The notes under the pieces are model-generated. The model was not told the DNA's origin, ran no database searches, and saw nothing but the letters and a program-made list of their open reading frames with translations. From a virus (taxonomy: Duplodnaviria > Heunggongvirae > Uroviricota > Caudoviricetes): 44,370 nucleotides of DNA. This document shows positions 25,172-33,723 of the stretch, in pieces; position 1 is the stretch's first letter; the number at the start of each line of letters is the position of its first letter. A program made the position numbers and the translations under genes. The DNA lies in the IMG/VR virus record IMGVR_UViG_3300045988_005581. One strand, written 5' to 3'.

Positions 25172-27157
25172 ATGTCAAGCGGATGCGGTGACGTTTTAAG
25201 CCTGGCGGATTTACAGACCGCCAAGAAACATCAGATTTTCGAGGCCGAGGTTATCACTGGCAAATCCTGCGGTGTAGCTACGGGTGCAGACATTGATTAC
25301 GCAACAAATCAGGTTACCGGGCAGACGCAGAAGACGCTTCCTGCCGTGTTGCGCGACGCGGGTTTTTCTCCTGTGTCATGGGATTTCTCCACAGGCGGCA
25401 CGTTAACCGTTAACGACCGGGACAAGGTGGTGTATGACCCTGTTAGCAAAACATGGTACTCGTACGCAGGTACGTTACCAGTTGTTGTCCCTGCATCGTT
25501 TAATCCAGTCGGTAACGCTAACTGGAAGCCGCAGACAGACCCAAATTTGCGTAATGATTTGGCGTCAAGTACCGCCGGTTTAGGGGCTTCACTGGTGTCT
25601 TTTTCCAACGGTAACACCGTTGAAACATTATCTGACGCGGAAGGTGCCAAGAACATAGGCAGTGGCGAAAGGAGTTTGCTTGCACGTAACAATGATATTA
25701 AGCATTCTGGCGACTTTTCTACCCTTCAAGCCGCGGTAGATGCGTCGTTAACTAAAAACGACTTAATTGTTTCTCCGGGTGAGTATACAGAAGCAATCAC
25801 TCTGGGTAGTAAGCAGATAAAAGGTGTAGGTGGTGCTGCAATATTAAAACCATCGGCAAACTATGCAAATACTGTACAGGTTAATTTATCCACCCCGCAC
25901 TGGCAGTTTCGACACAGCGGTGGTTTTGCCGTAGATGGTACAGGTACAACTGGGGCCGTAGGTATTAGTTTTGACCCGTCAGACCAATATTCCGGACGTC
26001 ATAATTTTAGTGATTTATACATCCACAACATCAACAAGGCCATTCAGAAGCCTTCCGGGAACATCGGTAATACATGGAGAAATATTGGGGTATCTACGTG
26101 TGATTGGGGGTATTACGCGATTAGTGGCTCAGAGATGCATTGCGGGGCCGATACCCTCTACAATATCCACTTCGACGGCATCTCCACCTATGCCGTCTAC
26201 CTAAACGGCACTGTCGATAACGGCGGGATAGGCGGATGGTGGCTTAAAGACTCCATTATTGAGGCTTCCGGAGGCGGCGGGATATATTTAAAAAGCAAAT
26301 CAGGTGACTGCCCTACATCTCCATGCGGGGTATCCAATGTATGGACGGACGCGATTGCAACATCATCGGCTGTTCAGGTAGACGGCGTGGCGCAAAAACC
26401 GCGAGTTCTCAAGTTGGTAGACACCGCGATATTCTTTGCTGAGTATTCTTATCTCAACAACATCGAGCTATCCAACTCCAACTTAGTAACTTATGGTTGC
26501 CGTTTTGACAACGCCGATGGTAATCAGGATATTGTAGTGGATGCACAAAGCACCATCGTAGCCCACGACGTGTATTTAAACGGCAGCTCTGGAAAGGACG
26601 TTATTGTAGAGTCTGTCGCGTCGCAATCCGCAACGATAGCCACTACAAACTTGTCTCTACGAGGAAATTTAACAAGGGGACGAGTGTTTAATACGCCGAC
26701 GGGGAATAAGTTAAAAGCTATCACATTTGACTCAGGTAGCTGTAATTTTTCTGGTAGCGGTACCGTTAACGGTTCGACTGTATCTGACGGACTTCACGCC
26801 GCTACATGTACCGAATTTTCATTCCCTGGGTCCGGTTTATATGAAATGGTAGCGTCAAGAACGACACTTACATCCGGTAGATGGTACGTGTGGGGCGTCA
26901 ACTCTCGCCTCCAATCAGGAACAGCAGATGTGAGTATAACGTCAGGTATTACTATGGGTAGCGTTTATACTAAGTCTGGTGAGTGGATTAGCACATTTGG
27001 GGTGGGTAAAGCTTCCGCTAACGGTACTGTAGGTCTGTACGTCTCTACTGGGGGAGGTTCAGGTGCTGTTATCAGATTTAGTGACTTCTTCATCGCTGAG
27101 TTTACGACGCAGGCTCAGGCTTTAGCTTTCGCTAACTCCCGAATGTCGTTGGCTTAA
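25172..27157 (+). CDS. tail fibre / tailspike with beta-helix-like receptor-binding domain
   Basis: 661 aa; RBS AAGAGGA; N-terminal anchor-like region followed by Gly/Asn/Ser/Thr/Val-rich repeats typical of right-handed beta-helix folds; last gene of the tail operon, followed by a terminator. Confidence 0.75.
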   Translation: MSSGCGDVLSLADLQTAKKHQIFEAEVITGKSCGVATGADIDYATNQVTGQTQKTLPAVLRDAGFSPVSWDFSTGGTLTVNDRDKVVYDPVSKTWYSYAGTLPVVVPASFNPVGNANWKPQTDPNLRNDLASSTAGLGASLVSFSNGNTVETLSDAEGAKNIGSGERSLLARNNDIKHSGDFSTLQAAVDASLTKNDLIVSPGEYTEAITLGSKQIKGVGGAAILKPSANYANTVQVNLSTPHWQFRHSGGFAVDGTGTTGAVGISFDPSDQYSGRHNFSDLYIHNINKAIQKPSGNIGNTWRNIGVSTCDWGYYAISGSEMHCGADTLYNIHFDGISTYAVYLNGTVDNGGIGGWWLKDSIIEASGGGGIYLKSKSGDCPTSPCGVSNVWTDAIATSSAVQVDGVAQKPRVLKLVDTAIFFAEYSYLNNIELSNSNLVTYGCRFDNADGNQDIVVDAQSTIVAHDVYLNGSSGKDVIVESVASQSATIATTNLSLRGNLTRGRVFNTPTGNKLKAITFDSGSCNFSGSGTVNGSTVSDGLHAATCTEFSFPGSGLYEMVASRTTLTSGRWYVWGVNSRLQSGTADVSITSGITMGSVYTKSGEWISTFGVGKASANGTVGLYVSTGGGSGAVIRFSDFFIAEFTTQAQALAFANSRMSLA

Positions 27158-27162
27158 AACTA

Positions 27163-27185
27163 AGGCCCCAAACGGGGCCTTTTCT
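27163..27185. terminator. intrinsic terminator closing the tail operon (bidirectional-looking)
   Basis: AGGCCCC (27163-27169) / GGGGCCT (27174-27180), loop AAAC, then TTTTCT. Confidence 0.7.
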
Positions 27186-27323
27186 CTACTCTTCTGATAA
27201 CTTCTCCAGTACAAACGCCAGTTGCGCATTAGCGGCGTCTCTTTGCTGACGTAGCCGCAGAACCTCTTCTTCGAGTTCCTTGATACGTTTTTGCAATGCC
27301 GGAATTGGGGCTATGATGTTCAT
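27186..27323 (-). CDS. possible 45-aa coiled-coil peptide
   Basis: ATG at 27323 overlaps the stop of the upstream Toprim gene (ATGA); RBS-like GAGGAAA; predicted helical (KRIKELEEEVLRLRQQ). Speculative. Confidence 0.3.
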   Translation of the reverse strand: MNIIAPIPALQKRIKELEEEVLRLRQQRDAANAQLAFVLEKLSEE

Positions 27324-27835
27324 CTGGTAAATTTCCTCGCAAGATACGTTATTTCTTCTTCACAAAGTTCATCAAGGTCGTTAGATACAAATCCTCTGGT
27401 GAATGTTTTGCTGAACTTTAATCCAGCTTTATCATTGTCGCCAGCGCACACCCAGTCATACGGCAAAAGTGACATTTGCTGCCGTAGGTCTGTTGATATA
27501 TTTGACCCCAGTGCGCTTACAGCATTGAACCCGCAATTCATCAAGGCTACGGCTTTGAATATGCTTTCGGTAACAAATACCACCCCGCTTTCCGGCAAAT
27601 ACTCAAGCCCCCATAAACACGGCCTTGTTGTTCTGGTAAAGTACCGCGCGTCTTTAGGGTTTTTACAGTTCTTTTCGGCATGTGGTTTGTAATGCTGGTA
27701 TCCGCGAAGCCTACCGTCAAACCCCCACAGGTAAAACGTAGCTACTCCAGGGGCTAAGACTACCTGGAGACGGTCAGCGTCAAACCCACGCGCCAGCAGA
27801 TGAGCTTTAAGTAGAAACTCTTCGAAATCCATCAT
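27320..27835 (-). CDS. Toprim-like domain protein
   Basis: VFVTESIFKAV...DWVCAGDNDKAG carries a conserved Glu and a DxD motif in the spacing of Toprim domains; ATGA-coupled to the helicase gene. Confidence 0.5.
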   Translation of the reverse strand: MMDFEEFLLKAHLLARGFDADRLQVVLAPGVATFYLWGFDGRLRGYQHYKPHAEKNCKNPKDARYFTRTTRPCLWGLEYLPESGVVFVTESIFKAVALMNCGFNAVSALGSNISTDLRQQMSLLPYDWVCAGDNDKAGLKFSKTFTRGFVSNDLDELCEEEITYLARKFTR

Positions 27836-29256
27836 TTCTTACCTCGTCTCTTCATGTAATTAAGCAACTCTTCCTGTACCGATTTCTTCTCGTCGGTACG
27901 CGCGGCGACAACCTCGTCCAGAGTGTCTTTAGCAACGATGTGATAAAGGAACACCGGGCGCTCGTGACCCGCCTGTTTCTGGCGGACTGGGCCTATGCGC
28001 TCAACAACCTGCAAATAGTGCTCAAGGTTCCAGCCTTGCGAGATGAACGCCAGATGATGACCCCCGTCCTGTAAATTCAAACCATGCCCGGCTGACGCAG
28101 GATGCACGCATAAAATCTCGATTTCCCCACGGTTCCACGCTTCCATCTGCTTGTTCCCCCTAGCGCCTTTGGCGAACGCCTGTGCCTGTGGGAATCGCTT
28201 AAGGATACGCTCCAGTTCGTGTTTAAACTGATAGGCTACCAGCAACGGCGCACCCTGCAACTCCTCAACAATCGACTCGAGCGCATCCAGTTTCGTGTCG
28301 TGCACTTTCTCCCAGTCTTTGGTCGCTTCGCCATCCGGCCCTGACACATACACGGCACCAGATGCAATCTGCAAGCACTTTGAGGTCTTCGCCGCAGCGT
28401 TAGCCGCTTCAACTTCCCCGCTCTCCAGTTCTGCGAATAACTTCTCCTCCATATCTATGTACGCCTGACGCGCTTTCTTCGGCAGGTCTATTTCCACCGG
28501 TACGATAACAGGCGCTTCACAACCAAACCACTCGGCGGGGTCTATGGTCAGGCTGATGTCTTTCATCTTCTGATGAATCTCATTATCCGCACCCGGTCGT
28601 GCATGATACTCGCGGGCCATAGCCGATTTACCTTTCTGTACCGAGTTAAACCAGCGGTCGGTGAATGCTGTGTACGAAGAGCCGAGGCGCTCGCCAGCGT
28701 CGATAAACCAGTTCTGACCCCACAAGTCTTTGAGGCCGTTTGGCGACGGTGTGCCTGTCAGGTTGATGAAACGCTTAACCTTTCCGAACGCAACCTTGCT
28801 GAGCGCCTTTGCCCGCTTGCTACCACCCGAACGGCTGCGGAACGATTTAAGCTTCGTGCTTTCATCGGCAACGATAACCGTAAAAGGCCAGTCGTCTTTG
28901 CCGTAGTAGTCAATTAGCCACTCGATAACTTCGTAGTTAGTGCACACCACGTTAGCATCTGACTCCAGCGCTGCGATGCGGCGCTTCTCCGAACCAGTTG
29001 CATCTACGACACGCAGACAAGGGAATTGCCATTTCTCTTGTTCAGCGGGCCACGTACCGGACGCAACACGTAACGGGGCAAGGATTAACACGCGGTCCTC
29101 TTCCGTAAGCTGCCCGTTGCGGAACAGGCGGTTGAGCACCCACATAGTGGAGGAGGTTTTACCTCCCCCCATTCCGCACCAGATATTACAGCGCGGGTGT
29201 TGCAGCATGAACGAGGTCATGAGCTTCTGGTACTCGCGTCTTTGAAACTTAGACAT
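27832..29256 (-). CDS. SF2 (SNF2-like) helicase
   Basis: Motif I GMGGGKT, motif II VIVADEST, C-terminal helicase motifs (HPASAGHGLNLQ). ATG 29256 with GAGG RBS; tool start 29379 would overlap the upstream gene by 130 nt. Confidence 0.8.
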   Translation of the reverse strand: MSKFQRREYQKLMTSFMLQHPRCNIWCGMGGGKTSSTMWVLNRLFRNGQLTEEDRVLILAPLRVASGTWPAEQEKWQFPCLRVVDATGSEKRRIAALESDANVVCTNYEVIEWLIDYYGKDDWPFTVIVADESTKLKSFRSRSGGSKRAKALSKVAFGKVKRFINLTGTPSPNGLKDLWGQNWFIDAGERLGSSYTAFTDRWFNSVQKGKSAMAREYHARPGADNEIHQKMKDISLTIDPAEWFGCEAPVIVPVEIDLPKKARQAYIDMEEKLFAELESGEVEAANAAAKTSKCLQIASGAVYVSGPDGEATKDWEKVHDTKLDALESIVEELQGAPLLVAYQFKHELERILKRFPQAQAFAKGARGNKQMEAWNRGEIEILCVHPASAGHGLNLQDGGHHLAFISQGWNLEHYLQVVERIGPVRQKQAGHERPVFLYHIVAKDTLDEVVAARTDEKKSVQEELLNYMKRRGKK

Positions 29257-29932
29257 GATTAGCCTCGTAAACTGCTTTTGCGAAACCCCGAGGAGTAAGG
29301 CTGCGGATTGTTTTTGTCCGCACTGATTTACCGCCAAGTTTGTTGTGCTGGTCAGAATACCCATCACCCACGGCAACACCTGACTTAACCGGCATTACGA
29401 AACCATTACCCGTCCAAAGACATGTCTTTTTAGGGTACGCGTCTCGGGGTTTTATGTATTCAGGGAACATTGGATGCGTATCGTCTTCCGGTAGATAGCC
29501 GCCGTATTCGTAAGGATTGAACACATAATCGGGCTTACGCCACAAAGACGAGAGGACGCTAACTGGGTTCTCAATCATATAAGGTACGTTATACCTTTTA
29601 GCCAGGCGTGCCGCCACTTTGCATGTGATAACAGCCTCTACCTGAAACGTTGGGTTCTTCTTACGCTTCGTTTCGAAATGCGCCGCACCACTAACGGCTA
29701 AATCTGTGCAAGGAGGGAACGCAAAAATAATATCTGGCGAAACCTCGAAGTCGAACTTATTATCAATCCACGCGTTTATATAGTGGATGTTCTCGTGTTC
29801 AACTTTTGCGCCCAATCGCGCGTAGTCGCCGTGGTCGGCACCGTCGTAGTTGAAACAATAGCAAGTATGGCCCGCTTCTGCCCACGGTTGGGCCATAAGG
29901 CCCGAACCGTCAAACAATGACCAGACAATCAT
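29249..29932 (-). CDS. short DNA (cytosine-5)-methyltransferase-like protein
   Basis: LFDGSG (motif I-like FxGxG), FPPC...SG (motif IV-like PC), ENP (motif VI-like ENV); only 227 aa, so a full target-recognition domain is unlikely. Confidence 0.55.
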   Translation of the reverse strand: MIVWSLFDGSGLMAQPWAEAGHTCYCFNYDGADHGDYARLGAKVEHENIHYINAWIDNKFDFEVSPDIIFAFPPCTDLAVSGAAHFETKRKKNPTFQVEAVITCKVAARLAKRYNVPYMIENPVSVLSSLWRKPDYVFNPYEYGGYLPEDDTHPMFPEYIKPRDAYPKKTCLWTGNGFVMPVKSGVAVGDGYSDQHNKLGGKSVRTKTIRSLTPRGFAKAVYEANHV

Positions 29933-30063
29933 TTTGCCACCAGCACCAGCTCTTTACACCCGAACGCCGTATCAACGGCAACAGGGCGACGTGTCTTAAC
30001 GTTGAAAATCATGTCGCCAGGTACGATGTCACGTGCTGGTTTACGGTCATATTCGTGTTTCAT
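29929..30063 (-). CDS. hypothetical small protein (44 aa)
   Basis: ATG 30063 with AAGGA RBS just downstream of the minus-strand promoter; stop overlaps the methyltransferase-like start (ATGA). Not in the ORF track. Confidence 0.35.
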   Translation of the reverse strand: MKHEYDRKPARDIVPGDMIFNVKTRRPVAVDTAFGCKELVLVAK

Positions 30064-30093
30064 TTCTCAATTCCTTATATTGTTGGTGTATGG

Positions 30094-30381
30094 CTAACTA
30101 TAATAGTTTGCTATTAGGTCGTCAACCTGTTTAAACGAACCAACGACAAAAACATTTGCACCGCGTTTACGCATCCGCTCATGCTCACGTAACTGGTGCG
30201 GGTCTGGCTTCGTGTTTTCGTCTTTCTTAACCTCGACAAACCAGATGATACCGCCAGGGAGAATTACCAGCAGGTCGGGAGCGCCGGAACGTCCTTCGTA
30301 GGAGAGCTTGCGAACGAGGCCGCCGAGGGCCTCGAATCGCTCTTTTGCGTATTTCTGTATGCGCCCCTCAGGCGTACTCAT
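30094..30381 (-). CDS. VRR-NUC domain nuclease
   Basis: 95 aa with PDLLVILP...VEVKK, the PD-(D/E)xK-type signature typical of VRR-NUC proteins. Confidence 0.7.
   Translation of the reverse strand: MSTPEGRIQKYAKERFEALGGLVRKLSYEGRSGAPDLLVILPGGIIWFVEVKKDENTKPDPHQLREHERMRKRGANVFVVGSFKQVDDLIANYYS
30097..30125 (-). promoter_or_regulatory. sigma70-like promoter TTGACG-N17-TATAGT (minus strand) with embedded dyad
   Basis: On the minus strand: TTGACG = 30120-30125, TATAGT = 30097-30102; dyad AATAG-N4-CTATT 30102-30115. Confidence 0.5.
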
Positions 30382-30583
30382 CTATACACCCCTCACGTTT
30401 CGTATGCTCAATACCGCAGCGCGGACAGATTCGGCAGTCTTCCTCATAAAACCAGTAAATTTTCATTCCAGCACCCACAGATAAATTGCTACTAACATAC
30501 CCAATACGGCGACCATCATGCCGTATTGGCCCTCGTGACAGTAGACAACTGCGGCGAATCCCGCCAGTACCGCGATAATCAGT

Positions 30584-32764
30584 TTACTTAGCATAGCGCT
30601 TCATCTCCGCACCTTCCGCCACAAGAGGGAACCCCTCCGCCCATTCCGGTAATTCACACATCAACCGCTCAAGCTCTGCAACATTGTATTCCGGTAAATC
30701 AGGTGTCTCGCAGATAATCTCATCGTGTACATGAAGCACAATAGGGTAGCCGTTTGCCTCTACGTTCAGCAGGGCGTTAGCCAGCAAATCACGGCACAGC
30801 GCCTGAGTGCAGTTTTCCACCAGTTTACCGGAGTAGGTGTACTGGAAGCCCCACTGCCTGGTTAACTGATTTTCACCCTGATACTTGATGCGCACGTTAG
30901 TAGAAACTTTTCCGTCTTCGTCTGTCTCTTTTGACACGCTCAACCCGACGCCCGGGTATGACATAACGCGACCTGACGGCAACGTCATGCGCAACCACCA
31001 ACCAGCGACTTTGTTGCCGTTGTTGTCTGTTTCTACGTTGCGAGAAAACTTAACCCCGCGAGGGCCAGCGGTGAACTCTTTCCCCGGATTACGGATTGCT
31101 GCCATAGCTGCGTCTTCAATATCACGCCAGAAAGCTACTGTTTCCGGGTGGGACTCCCGCCACATACGCTTAATTGCGTCGCATGTACGCCAGACTTTCT
31201 TATCAAGAATATATGATGGTCGGTCATCCTTTTCACCCGGACGCGGTGGTAGCTTGGCTTCCTGAATACGCGCCCACTCGTACCCGCGCGCGGTAGCGGC
31301 CCAGATGTGGTCAGGGAAAGTCCCATCCATTGTTTTTGCCATATCTACAAGGTCAAGGCCGAGGTTCTTGGCGAACTGAACGAAAGCACCGACACCGCCC
31401 GCGTATCCGAGGCCCAATTCGCAGGCTTTACCAATCTGGCGTAAGTCTTTACGTTCTTTCTTAATGTAATCCGGCTCCATGCCAAACATCTTACCTGCTG
31501 TTACGCAGTAAATATCCAGTCCGGCGCGGAACGTATCTAGCGCGGTTTCTTCGCCTGCCAGCCACGCAAGCCCGCGACCCTCAACGTTAGAGTAATCGGC
31601 GACGACAAACTTATGCCCAGCTTCCGGTATAATGCAGCTACGAACGGTAGATGCCGTCAGCTTGGCTACGTCAAATCGGCGGTGCGCCCGGCCCTTAAGT
31701 AACGCTGAAATGCCTTTATCCAGTTCATCATCGTGATAGTACCCACGCGCCAGGTTCTGTGGCTGGAAGCCTTTACCCGCGAACCGTAACGTACGCTTTG
31801 CCCCACCGTACTGGATACAACCGCGGCGTCGGTCGTCCGACGAGCGGCCTAACAGCAGCGGGTTATATTTCGTGGACGCTGTTGACGCGGCCCCGAGGCG
31901 CATTTCGATAATCATCCGGGCGTCGTCCGGTAAATCATCATCTGCCAACAGGTCGTTAAGCGTCGACTTCTGTGCATTGTGTATGCGGTGCGCGGGCGCA
32001 AGTTCACGCAGAATCGGAAGGAAGTCTTTACCGGTAAGCGAGCCGCCGTATTTACGTTGAGCTTCTTCCTGTAACTGTGCCTTGTGCTTCTCTACGGCTT
32101 CAATCGCGGCTTCCGCCAGTGCGACGTCAACCTTAAATCCGCGGTCGTTGATTAACTGGTCAAGTTCCAGTACACGGTCTTCGAACTCGGAGTTACCCCA
32201 ACGCGGCAGCTTATGGAAGACTTCACGCATCGCAGTGATGTCGCTCACGGCGTACCTGATGAACATCGCCCACTCGTCAGGGTGAGTTTCTGCGGTGTAG
32301 CGGCGGATTTTGTAGTTCTTCGGCGTCGGTTTAGAGAAACGCTTAATCAGAGCCTTGCCGCGTTTATCTTTCGCGTTGTCTGCAGACACGCCCAGCACTT
32401 CGCACAGCGCATCAAGAGAACCCGGCAGCGCGTGACGGAACGCCCAAATCATAGTATCAATGGTGTTACTTACCGGAATATCAAAGTCCCAGCAGTGTTT
32501 CATGATTAGGCGATCGAAAAGTCCACCGTTGTGCCACACCATCTTGATGCGGCTGTTGGGCTTAACAAGGCGGCGCAGTGCGCGGTGTAAATCCCCCGGC
32601 ATGTCGCTGCCGTCGGTGCAATCCCATACCCGCACAGGTTCGTCGTCAAAAGCATATGTACAGATAAGCACTTCGGTTGACGGGTGTTCGGCGTAAGCGT
32701 AAGAACCGACTTTCTTCAAATCGGCTTCTGAGAATGTTTCAAAGTCTAAGAACAGGTAACTCAT
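30584..32764 (-). CDS. DNA polymerase, family A, with 3'-5' exonuclease domain
   Basis: Exo I-like LFLDFETFS; Pol motif A ADYSNVEGR; motif B-like KACELGLGYAGG; motif C HVHDEI. 726 aa. Confidence 0.9.
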   Translation of the reverse strand: MSYLFLDFETFSEADLKKVGSYAYAEHPSTEVLICTYAFDDEPVRVWDCTDGSDMPGDLHRALRRLVKPNSRIKMVWHNGGLFDRLIMKHCWDFDIPVSNTIDTMIWAFRHALPGSLDALCEVLGVSADNAKDKRGKALIKRFSKPTPKNYKIRRYTAETHPDEWAMFIRYAVSDITAMREVFHKLPRWGNSEFEDRVLELDQLINDRGFKVDVALAEAAIEAVEKHKAQLQEEAQRKYGGSLTGKDFLPILRELAPAHRIHNAQKSTLNDLLADDDLPDDARMIIEMRLGAASTASTKYNPLLLGRSSDDRRRGCIQYGGAKRTLRFAGKGFQPQNLARGYYHDDELDKGISALLKGRAHRRFDVAKLTASTVRSCIIPEAGHKFVVADYSNVEGRGLAWLAGEETALDTFRAGLDIYCVTAGKMFGMEPDYIKKERKDLRQIGKACELGLGYAGGVGAFVQFAKNLGLDLVDMAKTMDGTFPDHIWAATARGYEWARIQEAKLPPRPGEKDDRPSYILDKKVWRTCDAIKRMWRESHPETVAFWRDIEDAAMAAIRNPGKEFTAGPRGVKFSRNVETDNNGNKVAGWWLRMTLPSGRVMSYPGVGLSVSKETDEDGKVSTNVRIKYQGENQLTRQWGFQYTYSGKLVENCTQALCRDLLANALLNVEANGYPIVLHVHDEIICETPDLPEYNVAELERLMCELPEWAEGFPLVAEGAEMKRYAK

Positions 32765-32780
32765 TATTTTTGACCCCTAG

Positions 32781-32803
32781 TAAAAAGGCCCAATGAAGGG
32801 CCT
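32781..32803 (-). terminator. intrinsic terminator (minus strand) between SSB and polymerase genes
   Basis: On the minus strand: AAGGCCC / GGGCCTT stem with 6-nt loop followed by TTTTTA. Confidence 0.45.
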
Positions 32804-32823
32804 TAGTTAAATTGATTCAGATA

Positions 32824-33450
32824 TTAGCGGCGGCGACGTTCGCGGCGCGGTGCTTCATCTTCTTCGTCGTCTTCCAGGTCATTGACGCTCGCAGCGACTT
32901 TAGAACCGCCGAACGCTTTGCCTTCGCCAACGTATTTAATCGCCAGCAGGTTAACGCCGAGGACTTTGTATTTCTGGCTGAACCAGATTTCAACGCTTAC
33001 GTTAGCTAAGCACCCGCTGTAAACCTGTTCACCTTCAATCTGTTCACCGTCTACATTGAAGTCCTGTTCTACCTGAGTCTCACCTTTTTTAGAGGTTACA
33101 ATCAGCGGCTGCTTCTGTGCCTTCGCTTTGAAGTAGAAGCCTTCCGGGAAGTCTTCAAACGGATTGTCACGCTCGGCAATGTCTTTAATCGCACATTTAT
33201 CCATGTGCTTACCTTCGCCGTAGTTGGACTTCATCCACTTCTCGGCGGCGGCTGCACCTAACGCTTCTTCAACTACAGCGTAAACGGTGTCGTAGAGCGC
33301 GTCGATTTGCGCGTGGTCGGACGGCAGGATAATAGTCGCGCTGTACTGACCTTTAGTGATTGAACCATCATCATTTTCACGGTCTTTTTCGCGTTCGAAT
33401 ACGTTAACCCAAGCAGTGTTTACTTTACGCAGATTTAATTTCAGTCCCAT
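32824..33450 (-). CDS. single-stranded DNA-binding protein (DUF2815-like, putative)
   Basis: 208 aa with strongly acidic C-terminal tail (DLEDDEEDE) then basic end; partnered with a Cas4-like nuclease as in phage recombination/replication modules. RBS GAGGA. Confidence 0.6.
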   Translation of the reverse strand: MGLKLNLRKVNTAWVNVFEREKDRENDDGSITKGQYSATIILPSDHAQIDALYDTVYAVVEEALGAAAAEKWMKSNYGEGKHMDKCAIKDIAERDNPFEDFPEGFYFKAKAQKQPLIVTSKKGETQVEQDFNVDGEQIEGEQVYSGCLANVSVEIWFSQKYKVLGVNLLAIKYVGEGKAFGGSKVAASVNDLEDDEEDEAPRRERRRR

Positions 33451-33505
33451 TTCTCGATTCCTCAGTTTTCAGTTTACTCCGGGAGCTGCCCGGCCAGTGA
33501 TTAGA

Positions 33506-33534
33506 ACTATAATAGCTAACTATTCAGGTGTCAA
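33506..33534 (-). promoter_or_regulatory. sigma70-like promoter TTGACA-N17-TATAGT (minus strand) with embedded dyad
   Basis: On the minus strand: TTGACA = 33529-33534, TATAGT = 33506-33511; dyad AATAG-N4-CTATT 33511-33524. Confidence 0.55.
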
Positions 33535-33723
33535 ATAAAATTTCGCAATACGGACTATGTTCTCGAAATCATTCATATCAACGGGTTCGAATTCATCCTC
33601 CACATGGTTGTATCGCACCATCGTGCCGTTCAGGAACGTAAACGATTCCGAATGGATATAACCGCCCCAGCGCCATATCATCACAAAATCTTTATCTGTG
33701 GGCATTTCATTTACTTGAATCAT
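33520..33723 (-). CDS. hypothetical protein (67 aa)
   Basis: ORF-track ORF; start overlaps the nuclease gene stop; 3' end overlaps the promoter of the SSB gene. Confidence 0.5.
   Translation of the reverse strand: MIQVNEMPTDKDFVMIWRWGGYIHSESFTFLNGTMVRYNHVEDEFEPVDMNDFENIVRIAKFYLTPE

Noticed and set aside
29917-30117. Plus-strand ORF of 66 aa between the methyltransferase-like and VRR-NUC genes
   Set aside because: The region is better explained by a minus-strand promoter (30097..30125) and a coupled minus-strand small ORF (29929..30063); the plus-strand ORF has no RBS and runs against the operon.
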